Source: an uncultured Planctomycetia bacterium (GTDB taxonomy: Bacteria > Omnitrophota > Gorgyraeia > Duberdicusellales > 4484-171). From it: a stretch of DNA of 64,000 nucleotides. The notes below the pieces were generated by a model. That model did no database searches and had not been told where the DNA came from. It was given only the letters and a program-made list of their open reading frames with translations. The position numbers and the translations under genes are program-made. The DNA is taken from the NCBI GenBank assembly GCA_964629655.1, contig CAZVQU010000001.1, positions 484,056-548,055 on the forward strand, in the 5' to 3' direction. Below are positions 59,247 to 64,000 of this stretch, in pieces; positions within the stretch are counted from its first letter, which is position 1, and every line of letters begins with the position of its first letter.

Positions 59247-59688
59247 TCTTAACCTTTCTTTTTATGTAGCTTATTGCCTCTTTAGCACTGTTTACTTTTT
59301 TTATCCCCTCTATCTCCCAAGTATCTATCCCAACTATTAGTTTGGCCTCATTGAAGGCAAAAGCAATTTCGGATAAGGTTCCGTACTCACCGTCAATCGC
59401 AACTACTGCGTCGGCAGCCCTTACCACTAAAATATTCCGGGCATAGCCTAAGCCGGTAGGAATTTTTACATCTACATACCTATTAACATCTTTGCCGTTG
59501 GAACTGGGAAGGATCCCCACGGTTAAACCGTTTTGTTTCTTAGCGCCTTTGCAGGCTGCTTCCATTACTCCGGTTCTGCCTCCGCAGACTAAAATCCATC
59601 CTTGTGCGGCGATAAGGCTGCCTATTTCTTCGGCTAGACGATAAATTTTTTTGGAACATTTATGCCCGCCTACTACTGCAATATTCAT
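59236..59688 (-). CDS. LOG-like Rossmann protein (TIGR00725)
   Basis: CGGRTGVMEAACKGA, TGLGYARN, GTLSEIAFA. Confidence 0.92.
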   Translation of the reverse strand: MNIAVVGGHKCSKKIYRLAEEIGSLIAAQGWILVCGGRTGVMEAACKGAKKQNGLTVGILPSSNGKDVNRYVDVKIPTGLGYARNILVVRAADAVVAIDGEYGTLSEIAFAFNEAKLIVGIDTWEIEGIKKVNSAKEAISYIKRKVKNVK

Positions 59689-59733
59689 CTTTTGTTTCTG
59701 GTGTCCACTTTTGTAGCAGCTCTTTTTTACTTT

Positions 59734-61362
59734 TTACCAATCAAGGGATTCCGGCAGCTTTCTGCAACCCTGATTTACTTTTTCAACACACTCGTTTACC
59801 GTTCTTAGCATTTTCGCTCGTACTTCAGGCGGGGCATCTTCTACTCCTATTCCCATCATTCTACAGAATGCCCCATAAAAATTACTACAGCCTGAACGAG
59901 TCATGGTCTCCTTGTATATTGTTCTAAAGGCTTCCACCCCTTCTTTGATTTTGGCTTCGCTTTCTCCTTGGCCTCGCCAAGTTTCAATCATTCCCTGTTC
60001 TCTTTTAGTAAGTATACTAACGCATTGTTCGACACTATGATACATTCCCTGGCCCCTATCTTTCATCTGCTTGCGCGTGCTCGCCTCAAGGTTTGAATAC
60101 AATACGCCTTGTATCTCAAGGTATATCGGGCAGTATTTCTGGTAAAAACCTTCTAATTCAAATGCCCTTACGTTGATTAAACCCCGGTTGCGGTGTTTTT
60201 TTCTAATTTTTCCCCTTCGATAAAGGTATTTTATTTTTCTATCTTCAGGAACTTCCAGCACTATCTCAAGAGAAGATTTTTTATTATTTTGTAAAAAGCC
60301 CGATTTAATAAGTGAGTAAAGAGTAATTCTGAATTCATATTTTCCTTCCGAGTCAGTAAAAGTTTCAACTAATCCCGGCATTTTTACCTTTAAGCCTTTG
60401 ATTTTTTCTCTTGGACCAATGACTTTCCCAGTCACTTTATACTCTCGGTTTAATTCCTCAATTAAATCTTTAAATCTTTCAAGTACATTTTGAGTGTATT
60501 TCTCCATGTTCTCGTTTACCATTACCCGAAAGAAAGGCTTAAGATAAGGCAGAATTATAACTCCTTTTAGATACTTATTAAACTCCTCCTTTTTTTCTCC
60601 CAGCCTCCCTTTTGAGCATCGCACCATGCCAGCACTGCCGGAATTTTCAGATCGGTAAGTTGCCTCAACATACTCGAGGTTATTCCATACCTGGTGTTCA
60701 AGAAAGTTATCAACTATTATCATTACTTCTTCTTTAGTTTTTACGTTGCTTTGTCGAAATGTATTTTTCAGCCCTTCTAATGCTATCTTCCCGTCAGTCC
60801 ACTCTTTAAAATAAAATCTAAATGCACTACACCAAAAATCGTCATGTTTTTTGTATAATATATCGGCAATTTTACCTAAATACCATTCAACAGCAACGGC
60901 TCCGACTACGCCTAGCTTCATGCCTCGTGAACCCCATTTACCAATAGCGTAAAAAAGACTCCCTTTAGAAAAGTTGACATTGGCGGCTTTAAAATCTTGA
61001 TTGATTAAATCAATGCCTAGTTGAAGGACAACTAAACCGCCGCCCACCTCACCAAGCATTGAATTAATATTGCTTAGAAAAGAAAGGCTTAGGCACTCCT
61101 CCAAAACAGTAAAAACTGCTCCTTGTAACCCGAGATTTTGATTGAAAGCTTGCCAGCCGGCACCTATAGCCTCTTTTGGCGCAAACCCGTCAGATATTCC
61201 AAATTCAGAAAACTCAAATTCTTGCCTTGCATAATTGACTATGTCATCTGAGTATAAATACCTGGTAGGTACTTTTTCTAAAGCCTGAGAAGAATACCCA
61301 AAACAAGGCTTAAGGTATAAGAAAAAAATACCAACAAAAATTGCTACTTTTAGTTTACGCAT
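59734..61362 (-). CDS. Hypothetical secreted protein (542 aa)
   Basis: Long ORF with signal peptide, Gly/Ala-rich hydrophobic helices, a TDSEGKYEF Ig/carboxypeptidase-regulatory-like segment and a Cys-rich C-terminus. Confidence 0.7.
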   Translation of the reverse strand: MRKLKVAIFVGIFFLYLKPCFGYSSQALEKVPTRYLYSDDIVNYARQEFEFSEFGISDGFAPKEAIGAGWQAFNQNLGLQGAVFTVLEECLSLSFLSNINSMLGEVGGGLVVLQLGIDLINQDFKAANVNFSKGSLFYAIGKWGSRGMKLGVVGAVAVEWYLGKIADILYKKHDDFWCSAFRFYFKEWTDGKIALEGLKNTFRQSNVKTKEEVMIIVDNFLEHQVWNNLEYVEATYRSENSGSAGMVRCSKGRLGEKKEEFNKYLKGVIILPYLKPFFRVMVNENMEKYTQNVLERFKDLIEELNREYKVTGKVIGPREKIKGLKVKMPGLVETFTDSEGKYEFRITLYSLIKSGFLQNNKKSSLEIVLEVPEDRKIKYLYRRGKIRKKHRNRGLINVRAFELEGFYQKYCPIYLEIQGVLYSNLEASTRKQMKDRGQGMYHSVEQCVSILTKREQGMIETWRGQGESEAKIKEGVEAFRTIYKETMTRSGCSNFYGAFCRMMGIGVEDAPPEVRAKMLRTVNECVEKVNQGCRKLPESLDW

Positions 61363-61373
61363 TGCTTAATAAT

Positions 61374-61874
61374 TTAGAAGTCCCATCCACCGCTGACCGT
61401 CTCTTCTGATTCCCAATCTAATTCCTTTTGAAATTCTTCATTTTCTTCTTTGGCTCGGCTTTGCCCGGAGTAGCGATTTTCTGCAGATCTAGGATCTTCG
61501 GTCGCGGTTAAATTGTTAACCGGTTTTAAATAGACAGAGACACTTTGATGCCTTTCGTTTTTGGGTAAATTGGGATATACGGTGTAAGTACCGGCTTCTA
61601 AGGTTTTATTGACCGCATTTTTCGGGTTCCAAAATTTATAAATATTTTTTACCCGGTAGCCTTCTTTTTTGTTTATCCAGAAACCCCTTTTGCCTCCGGT
61701 TACTTTTGTAATAACTGACTTTTGTGATAAGGCAACAGGTTCTGATTCAAGTTTTGCGCTGAAATGTTGGCCGAGTTTGGATTGAGTGCCTGATAAAATG
61801 TAAGTATTTTGTGAAAAGGATATTTGGGCAAAAGACAAAAGCCAGATACAAATAATCAGTCTTTTTGCTATCAT
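61374..61874 (-). CDS. Hypothetical secreted protein (166 aa)
   Basis: Signal peptide, beta-rich core (LEAGTYTVYP), acidic tail ending GGWDF. Confidence 0.65.
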   Translation of the reverse strand: MIAKRLIICIWLLSFAQISFSQNTYILSGTQSKLGQHFSAKLESEPVALSQKSVITKVTGGKRGFWINKKEGYRVKNIYKFWNPKNAVNKTLEAGTYTVYPNLPKNERHQSVSVYLKPVNNLTATEDPRSAENRYSGQSRAKEENEEFQKELDWESEETVSGGWDF

Positions 61875-62036
61875 TTCCTCATTCTCCCCAGATCCTCTTT
61901 AGTTTATTTTGCTGCTGGAAATTTTCCTTTTCGATTGCAAACTGTTTATATTTTAATATCTATCTGTAGGTAAGGCAAGGATTTTTGTTTTATTGCCAAA
62001 AAGAGCATGCCGATCGCCAGCCAATGAACAAATAAT

Positions 62037-62108
62037 TGTCCCCGGCAGGACTCGAACCTGCATTTTTGGCTCCGGAGGCCAACGCTCTATCCGTTGAGCT
62101 ACGGGGAC
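62037..62108 (-). tRNA. tRNA-Arg(CCG), CCA not encoded
   Basis: GTCCCCG...CT-CCG-GA...GGTTCGAGTCC...CGGGGACA. Confidence 0.95.
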
Positions 62109-62135
62109 GCCTTATCTAGGATAAGAAAACTACTC

Positions 62136-62642
62136 TTAGGGATTCAGATTGATTAGAAGAGACTTGATGAGCCTTTTAAAGCTCCACTCCAGATAAACAC
62201 TATCGCCGGTCTTTGCCCCTGATAAGTTCTTGGAGAATAAAACTCTCATCTTCTTTTCCCCTAAGATATTCTCTAGCTCTTCTAAAGCTCTCTTGCTCCC
62301 AGCCCCAGAACCGAAAGTTAAAAAGCAAGCTGCTGTTTTGTTTTCTAGGCCGCTAGCTTTATTTAAATAGCTACGCAGAGCCGGCGCATAGGTAAAAGCC
62401 CAGACCGGAGAAGCAAAGATAATAAAATCATAGGCTCCTAAATCATAATCAACCTCTAGCAGACGGGGTTTTTTCTTCAAGGCTGCCTCTAGGCACTGTT
62501 TAAAAAAAGGAACTACTTCTTTTTCTAATTTTAAATCAATTAAGTCTAGGCTGCTACCTAAGCCCCCGATCGCCTCTTGTAAGAATAAGCAGGCCTTTCT
62601 GGTATTGCCGGAAAACGAATAAAAAACTGCTGCCCCACGCAT
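62136..62642 (-). CDS. Flavodoxin-like protein
   Basis: YSFSGNT, ASPVWA, FLTFGSGAG. Confidence 0.85.
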   Translation of the reverse strand: MRGAAVFYSFSGNTRKACLFLQEAIGGLGSSLDLIDLKLEKEVVPFFKQCLEAALKKKPRLLEVDYDLGAYDFIIFASPVWAFTYAPALRSYLNKASGLENKTAACFLTFGSGAGSKRALEELENILGEKKMRVLFSKNLSGAKTGDSVYLEWSFKRLIKSLLINLNP

Positions 62643-62645
62643 AGC

Positions 62646-63881
62646 TTAAAATAATTTTAGCTGATCTGCTACCTTTTCATCTTCTTTCTTAAAGATTTTA
62701 ATTATACCATACTCACCATCATGACCAGGGATTACCTCTATATCCTTATCTCTTACTTTTTTTATACCCTCGGCTACTCTGCCCGGTAACTTATTAAACA
62801 GTTCATCGACTGACATCTTATTCAAAATATTAAACTCACTCCCGTTAGCGTAGATTATATCTAAATACTCGCGTTGAACAGCCTTGCTTTGTTTGCCCAC
62901 ACCTTTAGCCTCAGCAATTATTTCATCTAAACATACCCTGCTCTTGTAGCTGATAGCATTCTCGGGAATGAACCCTTCTTCGGTGTCTGCTAGTTCTTCT
63001 ACTCGGCTTAATACCCCTCGGGTTAGAGGCTTCTTGCAAACCGGGCAATTACCTTGATGCTTTTTCGTCTCCTCAGGATGAAAGTTCACCTTACAATTTC
63101 TATGTCCATCATAATGGTATCTGCCTTCCTCGGGAAAGAATTCTATAGTATAAAGAAACTTCTCCTTATCCTTAGTCTCTAAAACATGTTTGATCTCTTG
63201 ATAGCTAAGTTCACAACCAAAGACATTAGCCTCTCGGCCAATTCGAGAAGGAGAGTGAGAATCAGAGTTTGAAACTAAGGAATACTTACCGATCTTTGAA
63301 ACCCTCCAATTCATCGCCGGGTCAGAAGAAAGCCCGGTCTCTAAGGCAGTTATTTTCTCGGTGTATTCCCCGTAAGCGTCTTCAAGGGAATTAAAGCCTG
63401 ACCTTGAACCAAAGACTGAGAACCAAGGTGTCCAGATGTGAGCCGGGATTAACATTAAATCTGAAGATATTTTAAATAACTCTTCGGCTAATTTCTTGCA
63501 GCTTAAGCCTAATATCGGCCGGCCGTCAGAAGCAATATTACCATGGGATGAGAGCATCTTGTTTATCTCGCCAACCACCTCCAAAGAGGGAGCCAACACC
63601 ACATTATGAACCCGGTAGACTCCTCCGTCTTGAGAAAAAATACTTGAAATCTCAGCTGAAGGTATAAAGCGGATACCTTGATAAATATATAGACCGCTCT
63701 TTTTATCAGGCACTAAATATCTTTTTAGCTCCTGGCACCAGAGATGGTGGGTAAAGTCTCCAGTTCCCAGCAGGTCTACCCCTTTAAGCTTAGCCCACTT
63801 GGCTAAGTTAGGAATATCCATAGACCGGGAAGTGGCCCGGGAATATTTTGAGTGGATATGAAAATCAGCTACAAACTCCAT
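62646..63881 (-). CDS. Endonuclease Q family (PHP domain) protein
   Basis: DFHIHSKYSRATS, GTGDFTH, PAHIWTPW, ETGLSSD, SNSDSHS, YHYDGHR.C...CPVC, GV..RV.ELAD. Confidence 0.9.
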   Translation of the reverse strand: MEFVADFHIHSKYSRATSRSMDIPNLAKWAKLKGVDLLGTGDFTHHLWCQELKRYLVPDKKSGLYIYQGIRFIPSAEISSIFSQDGGVYRVHNVVLAPSLEVVGEINKMLSSHGNIASDGRPILGLSCKKLAEELFKISSDLMLIPAHIWTPWFSVFGSRSGFNSLEDAYGEYTEKITALETGLSSDPAMNWRVSKIGKYSLVSNSDSHSPSRIGREANVFGCELSYQEIKHVLETKDKEKFLYTIEFFPEEGRYHYDGHRNCKVNFHPEETKKHQGNCPVCKKPLTRGVLSRVEELADTEEGFIPENAISYKSRVCLDEIIAEAKGVGKQSKAVQREYLDIIYANGSEFNILNKMSVDELFNKLPGRVAEGIKKVRDKDIEVIPGHDGEYGIIKIFKKEDEKVADQLKLF

Positions 63882-63885
63882 ATGC

Positions 63886-64000
63886 TTAACTCTCTCTTAA
63901 AGCCTTAACTGTTAACGTTTCTAAATTATCGCTCGGATAACTAAAAGTGTCAAAAGATAATATTGGAATTAATCTTTGTGGCGGGAATAGATAACTTTGC
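63886..64000 (-). CDS. C-terminal end of an unidentified protein entering from the right edge
   Basis: Open frame ...QSYLFPPQRLIPILSFDTFSYPSDNLETLTVKALRES* ending 4 nt before the endonuclease Q start. Confidence 0.45.
   Translation of the reverse strand, partial: QSYLFPPQRLIPILSFDTFSYPSDNLETLTVKALRES

Noticed and set aside
29294-62020. Shared TGCCGATCG motif in two intergenic regions (about 29294 and 62008)
   Set aside because: Only about 9 bp in two copies with no consistent hairpin; not enough to call a repeat family.
1-64000. CRISPR arrays, IS elements, integrases, rRNA
   Set aside because: No regularly spaced repeats, transposase/recombinase motifs or rRNA-like sequence were seen; intergenic spaces are too short.

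Overview
A gene-dense, AT-rich bacterial chromosomal segment. Almost every gene is on the minus strand; the exceptions are one FIST/histidine kinase/REC-GGDEF operon and tRNA-Leu. Gene content (Chlamydia/Bacteroidota-type V-ATPase with DUF2764, short PheT and ThrS, PAC2, UPF0280, PilZ fusion) suggests an anaerobic PVC-superphylum organism such as Ca. Omnitrophota; this is inference. Most of the window is housekeeping: gatCAB, dnaG-rpoD, thrS-infC-rpmI-rplT, pheST, pyrKDF, V-ATPase, tsaD, era, rlmD, mutM, three tRNAs and a probable 6S RNA. Main points of interest: (1) an aromatic type II polyketide synthase operon (KS-alpha, chain-length factor, ACP, cyclase) running off the left edge, with unusual accessory genes and a 24-bp perfect palindrome over its promoter; (2) a bactofilin-HTH fusion next to a membrane-anchored HTH protein, a candidate DNA-cytoskeleton-membrane tether; (3) a PilZ-TM-coiled-coil-glycosidase-like protein coupled to a TPR/transglutaminase lipoprotein; (4) two unannotated hydrophobic microproteins; (5) a small islet of secreted orphan proteins apparently inserted at the 3' end of tRNA-Arg. 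All family assignments come from motif recognition by eye; no database search was run.
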